Positions 54,530-63,785 of a stretch of 64,000 bases of DNA are shown here, one piece after another. The notes beneath the pieces were generated by a model. The model was given only the letters and a program-made list of their open reading frames with translations. It searched no databases and was not told the DNA's origin. Numbering within the stretch: position 1 is the first letter of the stretch; each line of letters opens with the position of its first letter. The position numbers were made by a program, and so were the translations under genes. The stretch is from a virus (taxonomy: Duplodnaviria; Heunggongvirae; Uroviricota; Caudoviricetes). The stretch lies in the IMG/VR virus record IMGVR_UViG_3300018065_000012; one strand, 5' to 3'.

Positions 54530-54640
54530 ACGGCGACAGGATTCGTCCACGAAATGGGCCGGGGTTTGTCCCCTCGTTAAGTCTCTTGCGGCTGGCGTGT
54601 CGCCCATACTGTTCGCCAGTACGGGAATCCTGTCTGCCGT
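54530..54640 (+). ncRNA. Candidate structured RNA/leader
   Basis: GACAGGATTC/GAATCCTGTC 10-bp closing stem plus ACGGC/GCCGT; inner ATGGG/CCCAT and CTGGCG/CGCCAG. Confidence 0.35.
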
Positions 54641-54663
54641 TGACGGATTGAAAGGATGCGATC

Positions 54664-55032
54664 ATGAGTAACTATGCGTGTAATGGAACGGTCAAGCCGA
54701 GACCAAAGCCTGTTGAACCGGAATTTTCAGAACACTCAACATTCTTCAAGATCAAAGCGGTTCCGGTAATGTACCATAGTCAAAATGGAGAGCTTGTCGC
54801 AGCGAAAGATTTGCCGCCAGTGTGCCAACACCCGCATTACATGTGCGCGGCGCAAGGCCCATGGGAGATCAAAGTAGTTACGCTTGAAAAAGCTCAAAAG
54901 AAAAGAGATTGGATTGACGAGAACAATGGAGTTTCATTCAATGAAAGCCGGACTGCATACCGCTATGAGTACGTAATCGAAGAATGGACAAAACTCTTTG
55001 GCCAAGAGCGGTTTGTGAGGGAAATATCATGA
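54664..55032 (+). CDS. Hypothetical protein
   Basis: GAAAGGA RBS. Confidence 0.65.
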   Translation: MSNYACNGTVKPRPKPVEPEFSEHSTFFKIKAVPVMYHSQNGELVAAKDLPPVCQHPHYMCAAQGPWEIKVVTLEKAQKKRDWIDENNGVSFNESRTAYRYEYVIEEWTKLFGQERFVREIS

Positions 55033-55700
55033 GCGAATTACTGCCAAAAAAGCAAGACGAATGCAGGAACTTCTGGGTGCGATTTCACGTCATGCTCAAC
55101 AACCTGTCTGGAAACGTCTACAAACTCGTCATGGAAAATGATGAGGGCAAGATGAAACCGCAACATTGGCACATTGTCCGCAAAGAGACGTACGGCGAAG
55201 AAGTTAAAATCACCATTCGCCGTAAGAGTTTTTACCACGGTTGGAGCAGAAGCCAAGTTACCAACAAAATCGTGGCTACGCCCAGCCGCGTGGGAAACGG
55301 GGATGACCGCATCCGAGAACGCCGCATCAATTCGGATTTTGACCAGATCAAGAATCTGGATAAGGCTGCGAAAAGCATGCACGAGCGGTGCGACGCTATG
55401 ATGGATGAAATTCACGAATTCATTGACAAGCAGATCAAACTAAAAAACTACGAAAAGGGACAGGTAGCAGACCTTCACAAACACTTTCCCAACGCCACCT
55501 ACCCGCGTGAAAACGCAACCAGCTGCTCGTACAACGTTGGGAAACACACGTTCGGAATTCACGCGAAAGGGAGGGGCAAATTCACGATACGAATCGACCC
55601 GTCCCGAGAGTATTCAGCGGAGCACGTTCAGAAGCTTTTAGCCGTGTTCTCCGGTTTTGAAGAGGACTTGGCCTTTGAACGAAAAAGAAACGGCGAGTGA
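55029..55700 (+). CDS. Hypothetical protein
   Basis: Coupled ORF. Confidence 0.7.
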   Translation: MSELLPKKQDECRNFWVRFHVMLNNLSGNVYKLVMENDEGKMKPQHWHIVRKETYGEEVKITIRRKSFYHGWSRSQVTNKIVATPSRVGNGDDRIRERRINSDFDQIKNLDKAAKSMHERCDAMMDEIHEFIDKQIKLKNYEKGQVADLHKHFPNATYPRENATSCSYNVGKHTFGIHAKGRGKFTIRIDPSREYSAEHVQKLLAVFSGFEEDLAFERKRNGE

Positions 55701-55728
55701 GGCTCTATTCAATCGAGAGGACGAACCG

Positions 55729-55920
55729 ATGAGCGACACAGATACCAAATTCTCGAAGGAAAACGCCCACTGCTTCGCGTGTGAACATTCCGACGCCTGT
55801 ATGCAGTGGCAGAATAAGCGCATGCTTATTTCGTGTGCCGCGAAAAAGGGAGCAGAGCAGGTGGAGTTGATGGGAGAAAGTTGCGACAAGTTCAAAGAAG
55901 CTGACCTTCCAGAAGACTGA
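55729..55920 (+). CDS. Small Cys-containing hypothetical protein
   Basis: CFACEH..C..C..C. Confidence 0.6.
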   Translation: MSDTDTKFSKENAHCFACEHSDACMQWQNKRMLISCAAKKGAEQVELMGESCDKFKEADLPED

Positions 55921-55933
55921 AAGGAGCGGCGAA

Positions 55934-56245
55934 ATGGCTATGACGAAAAAGCAGAGAAAGGCATTGGAACGGTTCCGGTTCTTGCTCAGACAGTACGACG
56001 CGACTATTGTAGCCATCGATAATGGCCAGCAGTATCTGGAGGAGCTGGCGGAAGTTCTTCCGGCTTCAGACGACAAGGACTTCAACGAAACCGTAAAAAG
56101 CGCACGCGAAGGTCTCAAGAAGTTTGCCAAGCAGTTGGAAGCCATCCACATCGGAAATCTTGACGAGGACATTGCGTACCTTCGCTGTGACGTTCCCATC
56201 GTGCTGAAAGGCAAGCAGCTTACTGAAATGACCCGTTGGCCGTAA
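55934..56245 (+). CDS. Hypothetical protein
   Basis: AAAGGAG RBS. Confidence 0.65.
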   Translation: MAMTKKQRKALERFRFLLRQYDATIVAIDNGQQYLEELAEVLPASDDKDFNETVKSAREGLKKFAKQLEAIHIGNLDEDIAYLRCDVPIVLKGKQLTEMTRWP

Positions 56246-56254
56246 GGAGGAAGC

Positions 56255-56437
56255 ATGATCGAAGCGACATATTCTTTAGCCTGTGATAAGTGTTGTTATG
56301 AGTTCGGACAGGGTGACGACGAAAAGCACTTGCGTGATATGGCAAAGGCTACAGGCTGGACCAGTTTTGATGGTGTCGATTTCTGTTCGAATTGCAGCAA
56401 AGAGGAAAGTGAAACCTCAAAGACAGAACCACAATAG
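56255..56437 (+). CDS. Zinc-finger-like small protein
   Basis: CDKC..A..GW..DFCSNC; AAGGAGG RBS. Confidence 0.65.
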   Translation: MIEATYSLACDKCCYEFGQGDDEKHLRDMAKATGWTSFDGVDFCSNCSKEESETSKTEPQ

Positions 56438-56469
56438 GAGGGCGTACCGTGAAGCGCAGTAAGCTTCCA

Positions 56470-56592
56470 AACTCCCGCAGTCTGCTCTGATTGGGTTGGA
56501 TTCCCAATGCCCTTAATTATAGGATGAAACCTTCGAAAGAGGAAGCCTCAGAGTTAGTCATGACCGGAGTTAAATAGCCGGGAGCGGGAGTT
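56470..56592 (+). ncRNA. Candidate structured RNA
   Basis: AACTCCCGC/GCGGGAGTT closing stem; CTCTGA/TCAGAG; TTGGG/CCCAA; GAAA tetraloop hairpin. Confidence 0.35.
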
Positions 56593-56619
56593 GCCCTCCT
56601 TTTCTAAAGGAATGAAAGC

Positions 56620-56745
56620 GTGAAGACAACTCAAGAGCTTAAAGACGTCCCGTTCCCTGAATGCGCCGATGAATGTGCGGTTGTAAGAATCCTCGGCGTC
56701 GGGGAATGTGAAAGCGTTTGCCCACATAAGGAGAATGAAGAATGA
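56620..56745 (+). CDS. Small Cys-containing hypothetical protein
   Basis: CADEC..CESVCPH; below cutoff. Confidence 0.5.
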   Translation: MKTTQELKDVPFPECADECAVVRILGVGECESVCPHKENEE

Positions 56746-56981
56746 AGTTCTTATTCAATTATCCCACATTTCATTTCACGATGTGGGATTGTACGGAAAA
56801 CGAAGTAACACAATTACGATTACAACTTATTCAAACTCGTGGCGTCTTTGGTGTATTTTATAAGAAAGGCGTTGGTAACACATATTACATTGAAGTTTCA
56901 CTTTCTCCGGATTGTTCTTTTATGAGAGAAGGGGCAACGAAGAAAATGTTGTCAAAGCTTAGGGCAGCGGGGAGGAAATAA
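56742..56981 (+). CDS. Hypothetical protein
   Basis: Coupled ORF. Confidence 0.55.
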   Translation: MKFLFNYPTFHFTMWDCTENEVTQLRLQLIQTRGVFGVFYKKGVGNTYYIEVSLSPDCSFMREGATKKMLSKLRAAGRK

Positions 56982-56984
56982 ACA

Positions 56985-57170
56985 ATGGACGAAAAGCAAT
57001 TCCGTGAAGCCGCGAGAGAATGTATCCACTGGCTGTTCTACGAGTTCGATTTGTCGGAGCGTTACGAGCCTAATACGACAAACGAAGATTTGAAGAACAG
57101 TCACCGGATTGCAGACAACAAGCTGGGCGTGCTGTTGGAAGAACTCGGAACAACCCTTGATGATCTGTAA
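56985..57170 (+). CDS. Hypothetical protein
   Basis: GGAGG RBS. Confidence 0.6.
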   Translation: MDEKQFREAARECIHWLFYEFDLSERYEPNTTNEDLKNSHRIADNKLGVLLEELGTTLDDL

Positions 57171-57181
57171 AGGATGAAACA

Positions 57182-57460
57182 ATGGGATGCTACATCAACC
57201 CTCCAACCGAAGAAAAAGAGTCCTTCCTGAACAAGCACGGCACAAGAGTCGGCGAAAACCCTGTCTGGCCTGCGCCAGAAGGCGAGATGTATGTCGTGCT
57301 GGTGGACAACGGTCCCTTCACGGCTGCTGCTGTGGCGTACAGTGAGGAGGAATTCAACGTCTTCTCAGCGCCTGACCCGCGCCCGACAATCTGGTACAGT
57401 GTCCCTGTTGACAAGATCAAAGCAGCCAGCAATTGGGAGACTTACAAAGAGTATTTCTAA
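57182..57460 (+). CDS. Hypothetical protein
   Basis: AAAGGA RBS. Confidence 0.7.
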   Translation: MGCYINPPTEEKESFLNKHGTRVGENPVWPAPEGEMYVVLVDNGPFTAAAVAYSEEEFNVFSAPDPRPTIWYSVPVDKIKAASNWETYKEYF

Positions 57461-57488
57461 CTGGGGAATTCCCCAGTGGGGAGAAACC

Positions 57489-57779
57489 ATGAAAAAGAAT
57501 TTGACAATCCAGACGGCAACTATCGAAATCAAAGTGATTCGCGTTGACAATCACAAAATGACCAAAGCCACCTTCCGACAGATTGAAGAGAAACGCAAAA
57601 ACTTCTCTGTTCAAGATATCTTGGGATGGGTAACCGATAACGGCAAGATTTACGTTGTGGGAAATGAGGATGGTTGCATAAAGAAAGTCAGAATATCAGA
57701 AGTCGTAAAAGGAGGGGAGAGAAAGAAAGCAGAGGCAATTGTCAAAGCTAAATTCGACCAGCTTTTTATCGCGACTTAA
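57489..57779 (+). CDS. Hypothetical protein
   Basis: GGGAG RBS; TIEIKVIRVD..MTKATFRQI. Confidence 0.65.
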   Translation: MKKNLTIQTATIEIKVIRVDNHKMTKATFRQIEEKRKNFSVQDILGWVTDNGKIYVVGNEDGCIKKVRISEVVKGGERKKAEAIVKAKFDQLFIAT

Positions 57780-57794
57780 CCGTGAGGGAAAACC

Positions 57795-58022
57795 ATGAAA
57801 AATCGCCTACTATTCGCCCTCAAATGTGTGCTTCTCGCCGCCGAGGAGCCTCACGAAACCCACGAGGGCCGTTCGCTGGTACAACGGGCTATGGAGTACG
57901 GAAGGTCAGCGAGAATCACCAAGGAAGAAATCCGGAATGTTCTGGATAGCAAGCTGATTGATACTTTACTTTACCCTTGGAAGGAAAAAACCGATGATCG
58001 ATCCTGTCCAATCAAGCCTTGA
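57795..58022 (+). CDS. Hypothetical protein
   Basis: GAGGG RBS. Confidence 0.6.
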   Translation: MKNRLLFALKCVLLAAEEPHETHEGRSLVQRAMEYGRSARITKEEIRNVLDSKLIDTLLYPWKEKTDDRSCPIKP

Positions 58023-58164
58023 TACTTATCTTCGCCAGCAGGACGATATGGAACAAGCGCTGATGGACCAATGCTGCGCGCATCGCAAGAAAAACGGATA
58101 CCTGACAGAATACGAAGGTGACTGTCCCTGTGAATGCGGCAGTGACTGCCCGCTGAACCCTTGA
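57994..58164 (+). CDS. Small Cys-rich hypothetical protein
   Basis: CPCECGSDCP. Confidence 0.55.
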   Translation: MIDPVQSSLDTYLRQQDDMEQALMDQCCAHRKKNGYLTEYEGDCPCECGSDCPLNP

Positions 58165-58175
58165 AGGAGAAAACA

Positions 58176-58622
58176 ATGTCAGGCGAAGACCAGAAAATTA
58201 TTCAAAACGCAATATATGACCACACAACTAAAGACGGTTTGACAATCATGTGGTACCACACCACACTCAATGAAAATCAAAAACAGTGGTGTCAATGGTT
58301 TGAAGCCAGTTTGAGTGATGCGTATCCACAAGCCGCAGAAGAATGGGAAAACGATTTTAAGTGCGATGTTCATCCCGACAAAGAAATTCGGATTTGGATT
58401 TACATCACACTTGCTTACCTTTGGTACAAGGAAATCTATCCTTCTGGAAAGAAGGATGTGCTCAATGTTTTGTTGGCGACCTCGATGAAAAATGAAACAG
58501 CAGCCTTGGAGAGCTTGGAAAAGCTAAGTAAGGAACAAGCCTTAGATATTGTTTCTAACTATAAGAATAAGGAATGGTTGACAGAAAGAGTACATCAAAC
58601 CTTTGGGGAGAACAAACAATGA
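58176..58622 (+). CDS. Hypothetical protein
   Basis: AAGGAG RBS. Confidence 0.65.
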   Translation: MSGEDQKIIQNAIYDHTTKDGLTIMWYHTTLNENQKQWCQWFEASLSDAYPQAAEEWENDFKCDVHPDKEIRIWIYITLAYLWYKEIYPSGKKDVLNVLLATSMKNETAALESLEKLSKEQALDIVSNYKNKEWLTERVHQTFGENKQ

Positions 58623-59404
58623 AACGAATGATTATCATGCTACTGTTGTGCTGCACAAGCTTCGCATTCGCCGAAGAAAAGCCTACTATCAAGGAGGGTC
58701 AGCAATACCTTGCTGACGCACAGCTGGCCGTCCATCACTTCTTTACGTCCGAAGAAAAGAGCGTGATGGATGTCTACTCCAAACTCGCTGCAATCCGGAA
58801 CGCTGTTAAGAAAGACGAAACCCTGAAGAACAAGGAACAGCTCCTCGAAATCCTGCAAATGAACAAGGACGTCGTAACTTCGCTGCGCAAGGGATTGGAC
58901 TCCTCGTGGATTCAAAGGGCTGTTACGAACAAGGCGAAAGAGAAAGAATCCGAAGTAGAAGTTAAGGAACCCGACAAACCAGAAAAGACGTCAAGAGAAG
59001 ATCAACAGTATTACAACGAAGACAATTGGTGGAAGATCAACAAAGTGAACAAGCGATGGAAACACTTCTTGGAGTATAAAAGGGAAAGCGAGAAATCCGA
59101 ATTCAATCAGAAGACGAGAAAATACAAACCGATTCGCGGACTCTCGGCCACGGTTAAAAAGAAGGACGAGAAGACGTTAAGCGTCACCCTTCGCAACAGC
59201 ACAAGCAAACGTATCGTATTTTGCACTGTGCAAATCAAAGGCTGGATACCTCCAGCAACACGAGGTTGGCAAGGGTCAGCTACGTTCACAGGGGTCAACC
59301 CTAAAAGTACAGCGAAGACGACTGTCAATCTGAACGCAAACAGACCCACGCGTTTCTCTACTCTTCGCTTCAACGTTATTTGGCTCGTGAAGAAAGAGAA
59401 GTAA
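58619..59404 (+). CDS. Secreted/exported hypothetical protein
   Basis: Signal-peptide-like MKRMIIMLLLCCTSFAFA. Confidence 0.65.
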   Translation: MKRMIIMLLLCCTSFAFAEEKPTIKEGQQYLADAQLAVHHFFTSEEKSVMDVYSKLAAIRNAVKKDETLKNKEQLLEILQMNKDVVTSLRKGLDSSWIQRAVTNKAKEKESEVEVKEPDKPEKTSREDQQYYNEDNWWKINKVNKRWKHFLEYKRESEKSEFNQKTRKYKPIRGLSATVKKKDEKTLSVTLRNSTSKRIVFCTVQIKGWIPPATRGWQGSATFTGVNPKSTAKTTVNLNANRPTRFSTLRFNVIWLVKKEK

Positions 59405-59713
59405 ATGATCGGCGTGGCGCTCGAATGCACGAACTACATGGTCCTTGAAGGCGGGCCATTAACGCCTCCTGACGGCATGAATCGCAGTACACTGGCCCTG
59501 CACAAAGACGGGTGGGCGCTGGAAATCTGCTTCGAAAACAAAAAAATCCCCAAAGTATTACGCGAAGGATTGTATAACTTTACAGCGGTCTATAAAGCGT
59601 TGCACGAGATGCTTGACGAATTGCATTTCCACGCAACAAGGATTGACGGACCGGGAATACATCGCTACATGGATCGGGTCGCGGCTTATGTCGCGAAATA
59701 TCCCGTCCGATGA
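59405..59713 (+). CDS. Hypothetical protein
   Basis: Adjacent ORF. Confidence 0.55.
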   Translation: MIGVALECTNYMVLEGGPLTPPDGMNRSTLALHKDGWALEICFENKKIPKVLREGLYNFTAVYKALHEMLDELHFHATRIDGPGIHRYMDRVAAYVAKYPVR

Positions 59714-59726
59714 AAGGATGCAAACA

Positions 59727-60290
59727 ATGGACTCACTGAATAAGGTCATGCAAAAAGCAGAAAAACTCGCGGAGAAAAACGGACACAAGATAGCCCAATG
59801 GGAACGGCTTGAAGCCCGCAACATGGCGAACTTCTGTGGCGAATGCTTTCAACACATCACTGTCTACTCCACCCCGCAAGCTTCGCAAACCTTTCGCATC
59901 GGCGGACCTCTCGCAACCCTTCCCTGCGTGAAGTTCCAAACCAGCCAAGCCAAGGCGAAGAAAACTCGTGCGAAAATCGAAGCATTATACGAACATCTCG
60001 CAAAACTAAAAACCAACTGCCACCATCACTTCGAGCGAATAAAAGACAGCGACTGGAAAGACAAATGGATGTCTGTTGGCGCGTGGTGCAAGGGCTGCGG
60101 CGTTTCTTTCGGATGGCGCTGCCGCTACTCTCCGGACGGGGTGTGCCACTACGACTCGTTCCCAAAAGACGGTAAACAGCACATACGGCTTATCAATGAC
60201 GACCTCTGGCCGTTGCCGGAGGAATACGACCCAGAGAACGAATCAGGTGACTGGTGCATATTCTGCGGACACCCGGAGGAGAGAAAATGA
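59727..60290 (+). CDS. Cys-rich hypothetical protein
   Basis: CGEC, CKGCG, WCIFCGHPEERK. Confidence 0.65.
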   Translation: MDSLNKVMQKAEKLAEKNGHKIAQWERLEARNMANFCGECFQHITVYSTPQASQTFRIGGPLATLPCVKFQTSQAKAKKTRAKIEALYEHLAKLKTNCHHHFERIKDSDWKDKWMSVGAWCKGCGVSFGWRCRYSPDGVCHYDSFPKDGKQHIRLINDDLWPLPEEYDPENESGDWCIFCGHPEERK

Positions 60291-60499
60291 CATCTGCTGA
60301 AAAAACCACAATTCTTCGCTTCGCTGCGGGAGACTCGGGACTTCGCAACCAAGCCATTGAAATCTATCGAAGCTGCTTTCGTGCTGGCGAAGGTCGAACG
60401 TCCCCTGAAATGCGTTTCATGAGCGAAATCGATACACCTGTCCCAGACCTCGCATTACGGGCAACGGCTCGAAAAGAGCTAATTGGAGAAAAACCATGA
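60287..60499 (+). CDS. Hypothetical protein
   Basis: Coupled ORF. Confidence 0.6.
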   Translation: MTSAEKTTILRFAAGDSGLRNQAIEIYRSCFRAGEGRTSPEMRFMSEIDTPVPDLALRATARKELIGEKP

Positions 60500-60509
60500 A
60501 AAATGCGAA

Positions 60510-60545
60510 GAAAGTTCACGGCAAATGGCGATTCATGCGGTTAAG
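60510..60545 (+). promoter_or_regulatory. Bipartite 36-bp motif, copy 6
   Basis: Identical core to copy 5, with a shared CACCTGCATTT..GCAAGGCAAACCTTTTC extension. Confidence 0.78.
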
Positions 60546-60608
60546 TCTTTTGAAGGGTGGTTGAGACACCTGCATTTTGCAAGGCAAACCTTTTCTTGGA
60601 GAAAAACC

Positions 60609-60815
60609 ATGAAAAAATTCAAACACAGCTCGACCAGAATCCTGTGGGGACTCATCTGCCCCGGACTCGATGGCGAACCCCCAGAGTCCCCCGATACCTA
60701 CGATACGCGCAAAGAAGCCCGCGAAGACCTGCGCCGATTGAGAAAAGACGGTTTGGCGGGGCCAGACTCCCGAATCGCTCGGGTCAAGGAGACCATCGCT
60801 TATAAAGAACTATGA
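60609..60815 (+). CDS. Hypothetical protein
   Basis: GGAG RBS. Confidence 0.6.
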   Translation: MKKFKHSSTRILWGLICPGLDGEPPESPDTYDTRKEAREDLRRLRKDGLAGPDSRIARVKETIAYKEL

Positions 60816-60828
60816 AAGGAATGAAATT

Positions 60829-61164
60829 ATGTACCCTGTCAAGGAAATCAAAGGATTTGTGGCTCGTACAGCAGACATCGTTCCGGAGTATAAGGAAATC
60901 CCAGACGAGTTCAAGAAACAACACAATCCATGGGTAAAACTCCAACAACGCTGGTTCTTCGAAGGACTGCCAAAATCGACGGAATTTGTCCTAAAGGAAG
61001 GTGTCGACGGAAAAAAAGCGACACGACACCTTGCAACAGTCCAACGCTGCTGGGATTTGCAGCACGAGCACAAAGAAGCTTCCGTAGCATACCTGATGTC
61101 CCAATGGTTCAAAGATGTAAAAATCGACGGAAAATCCGCCGTCACAGAAGGGACCACACAATGA
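60829..61164 (+). CDS. Hypothetical protein
   Basis: GAAAGGA RBS. Confidence 0.7.
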   Translation: MYPVKEIKGFVARTADIVPEYKEIPDEFKKQHNPWVKLQQRWFFEGLPKSTEFVLKEGVDGKKATRHLATVQRCWDLQHEHKEASVAYLMSQWFKDVKIDGKSAVTEGTTQ

Positions 61165-61505
61165 CAGAAAAAGACGAAAAAACCGCAACAGAACTCCTCG
61201 GATGCCTCGTCACAGTCGTTAGTGCAGTCATCCTAATGCCAATCAGCTACGTCATCAATGGCTATGCCCTGATGAAGCTGTGGCAATGGTTTATCGCTAC
61301 GACGTTTAAGGTTCAAACTCTTTCCCTCGTGCAAGCTATCGGTCTTGGAATGATCATATCGTTTCTGACATACAAGCCGAACTTCGACGGAAAAAAGACA
61401 GAGCTGGAGGAATCCAAAAAAGCACTCATGGCCCAGTGCGTCTGGGCATTCATGAAACCAGTAGCGGCGTTGATTGTTGGATACGCTGTCAAACTCTTTA
61501 TGTGA
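61161..61505 (+). CDS. Membrane protein
   Basis: Three hydrophobic segments. Confidence 0.65.
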   Translation: MTEKDEKTATELLGCLVTVVSAVILMPISYVINGYALMKLWQWFIATTFKVQTLSLVQAIGLGMIISFLTYKPNFDGKKTELEESKKALMAQCVWAFMKPVAALIVGYAVKLFM

Positions 61506-61568
61506 AACAAGAGACGTTAGCGTAATATCTCTTTTGAAAAGAATTAACAATGAAAAGGAGGATGTGTA

Positions 61569-62249
61569 ATGGCAAAAAAGAAAAATCGGTCTGATTTTGT
61601 ATCCCTGTATGACGGAGCAGCAAAAGGAATGTACATGACTGCTGCGCTGTACAGAATTCTGGCAGCACAAAAGCCGAAATTCCTTCGCATTGGAGTCTCG
61701 CCCGGAGGCCGTCGGGTTCGCATCTATCCCATGACCCATTGTGGCAAACTCTCTGATAAATCCATGATGGCTCCCTTTGATAAAGTCCGAAAAAATGGCG
61801 ATGGCTATCGGCTTTTTTCCAACAAGCTCTTCTTCAAAGTCTTTAGGGCTGTCGATAAAAGACTTCCGACACTCTCGCGTCCTGTCGTCGTTCGAGAACT
61901 GCACGAAGGTGGTGTCGATAAGACTGTCATCGATGTGCTGCTGCATAAGGGCGCTGGACTCTCCCCGCGAAGAAAAAGACGAAGGACGATTAAAACACAT
62001 CCCGCGTTGGTCAAAAAAAGTCCCGTGAAGTCAGCTGTGATGAAAACCTCCGTGCTGAGAGCCAACAAAGCAAGAGAAATCGAGGAAACAGTCTACTCGA
62101 TTTTTGGCAAAGATATGTCAGTCGACACCCTGATCCAACGCTGGGATGAACTTCCCAAAACCTTCCGGAAAAAACGCATCGCCTCCATGTCACCGGAAGA
62201 ACTCGACGCACTCCTGAAAGAAGCACATAAGCTCACGACAGCAATATAA
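61569..62249 (+). CDS. Basic hypothetical protein
   Basis: AAAGGAGG RBS. Confidence 0.7.
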   Translation: MAKKKNRSDFVSLYDGAAKGMYMTAALYRILAAQKPKFLRIGVSPGGRRVRIYPMTHCGKLSDKSMMAPFDKVRKNGDGYRLFSNKLFFKVFRAVDKRLPTLSRPVVVRELHEGGVDKTVIDVLLHKGAGLSPRRKRRRTIKTHPALVKKSPVKSAVMKTSVLRANKAREIEETVYSIFGKDMSVDTLIQRWDELPKTFRKKRIASMSPEELDALLKEAHKLTTAI

Positions 62250-62274
62250 GTCTATAATGAAAGGATGGCCCACG

Positions 62275-62511
62275 ATGGAACAACAGCAGCAGTATGAAAC
62301 GTCGGATTTCCTTACAGCAGCGTACCTTGTTGCCAAAGATCAGTCCATCCAAGATACGAAACGCAATGGCAAACGGGTAGTCTTTGAATTCAGAGATAAG
62401 CAGAACTGTGACACCCTTGCCAAAAATCTACTCATGGGTAATGACGATGTCTCGGCGACGGTCCTTTTCAATGCGATAAAACGACTGAAAAAAATCATCT
62501 ACAGTGACTGA
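62275..62511 (+). CDS. DUF5659-like small protein
   Basis: YETSDFLTAAYLVA..KRVVFEF..F..IKRLKKIIY. Confidence 0.65.
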   Translation: MEQQQQYETSDFLTAAYLVAKDQSIQDTKRNGKRVVFEFRDKQNCDTLAKNLLMGNDDVSATVLFNAIKRLKKIIYSD

Positions 62512-63076
62512 AGCTTTCTTTGCGAGTCCTTCGGGGACGTACCAACCCTCCTTGATGCTACCTCTGTGACCAAGAGCTGCTAAAAGGAATATTTCCCGGA
62601 GGACTCGCTTCTCTTTACCTGCCCAGAACCCCTCTTATTCCCGCGATAAAGCCCCCTCCGTTGTACTTTACCACTCCCAAAGCCCTTTCCCTTATCACCC
62701 CTTCGAAACCTCCCTAAAACGACCTATTGGTAATTACACCTCGTCATACACCTCGACCCTCTCTAAATCCTGCGGCAAGAAGCATACTACACACTTCGGA
62801 TCGAAGTAGAGATGATTCTAAACTAAGCAGTACGAAGTAATTACGGAAGCAGTAACTGCTGAGGAGCATCTCAAAAATCGCCAATTGCTTCTTGACGCAG
62901 AACTCGAAGGACTATAACGACGAATTAAGAAAGCTTTAAGCACTATAATAGACCTGCCTTAAGCAGTAACACAATACTGCTAAATTGCACATATCTCTAA
63001 CTTCCTGCCAATGCCATCTTTACAAGAACCCTCCACCCCAACGAAAATATTTTTTTATATTCAGCGGTTTAGTAGA

Positions 63077-63451
63077 ATGGAACAAGAGCAGCCCTATCAA
63101 TTTGGAAAAGGAAAACGTACGCCAACGCAACGTCGTAAGCTTCGCAAGTATTACCGACAGAATAAAAGCAAAATGAAACGTGAACAACGTAAGAGATATA
63201 ACCGCTATGGCCCTGAGAAGCTTGATAGACCCGGAGGCGTAACGCGTAAGAAAAGAAAGCAGCGTAGACCACGCAAGTACCCAGAGTCTATAAAACAGCC
63301 TCGTCGAAGTTCACCGTGGGACATCTGGCTGATCGACCATCCTACTGATGATTGCTGTAACAAAGTGGCAACGGACTTTCTATTACACTGTACTGTCCTA
63401 TCTGAGATACGCCGCGTAGCTCGCCTTTTATCCACGGGGGAGTTCCTTTAG
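63077..63451 (+). CDS. Arg/Lys-rich hypothetical protein
   Basis: RRKLRKYYRQNKSKMKREQRKRY. Confidence 0.55.
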   Translation: MEQEQPYQFGKGKRTPTQRRKLRKYYRQNKSKMKREQRKRYNRYGPEKLDRPGGVTRKKRKQRRPRKYPESIKQPRRSSPWDIWLIDHPTDDCCNKVATDFLLHCTVLSEIRRVARLLSTGEFL

Positions 63452-63785
63452 ACATTAAAAAATAGGTTAGTTACTTTTTTTTGGCACAACAGATTGACGT
63501 AACACGATTTGCGGCAGAATATTCGAGAATGGTTTTTTACAATGGTCTTCGAGCATCAAATATTCGAGAATGGAAAAATACAATGATATTTCGATCACGT
63601 TTTTTTGGCACCATTGATACAGATGACACTGATAGGGACATTAAAAATAGAACGGTTATCATTCAGGGCGTGTAGGAAGTTCGTTAAAGCCTATATGCGA
63701 GAAAATACGGCAGAGTAGATTTTGGTTTGATATATTCGTTTTGACGCATAACATTGCTTTTTTGAAGCAAAAAAGGGGATGGGAA

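Noticed and set aside
56560-56580. Pistol ribozyme (GTTAAATAG resembles a pistol segment)
   Set aside because: I could not find the required P1 hairpin and pseudoknot partner
61569-62249. AbrB/MraZ-like regulator call
   Set aside because: Only a vague beta-strand pattern; left as hypothetical
63481-63675. 64-aa ORF with a TTG start
   Set aside because: No clear RBS or motif; cannot be distinguished from a chance ORF
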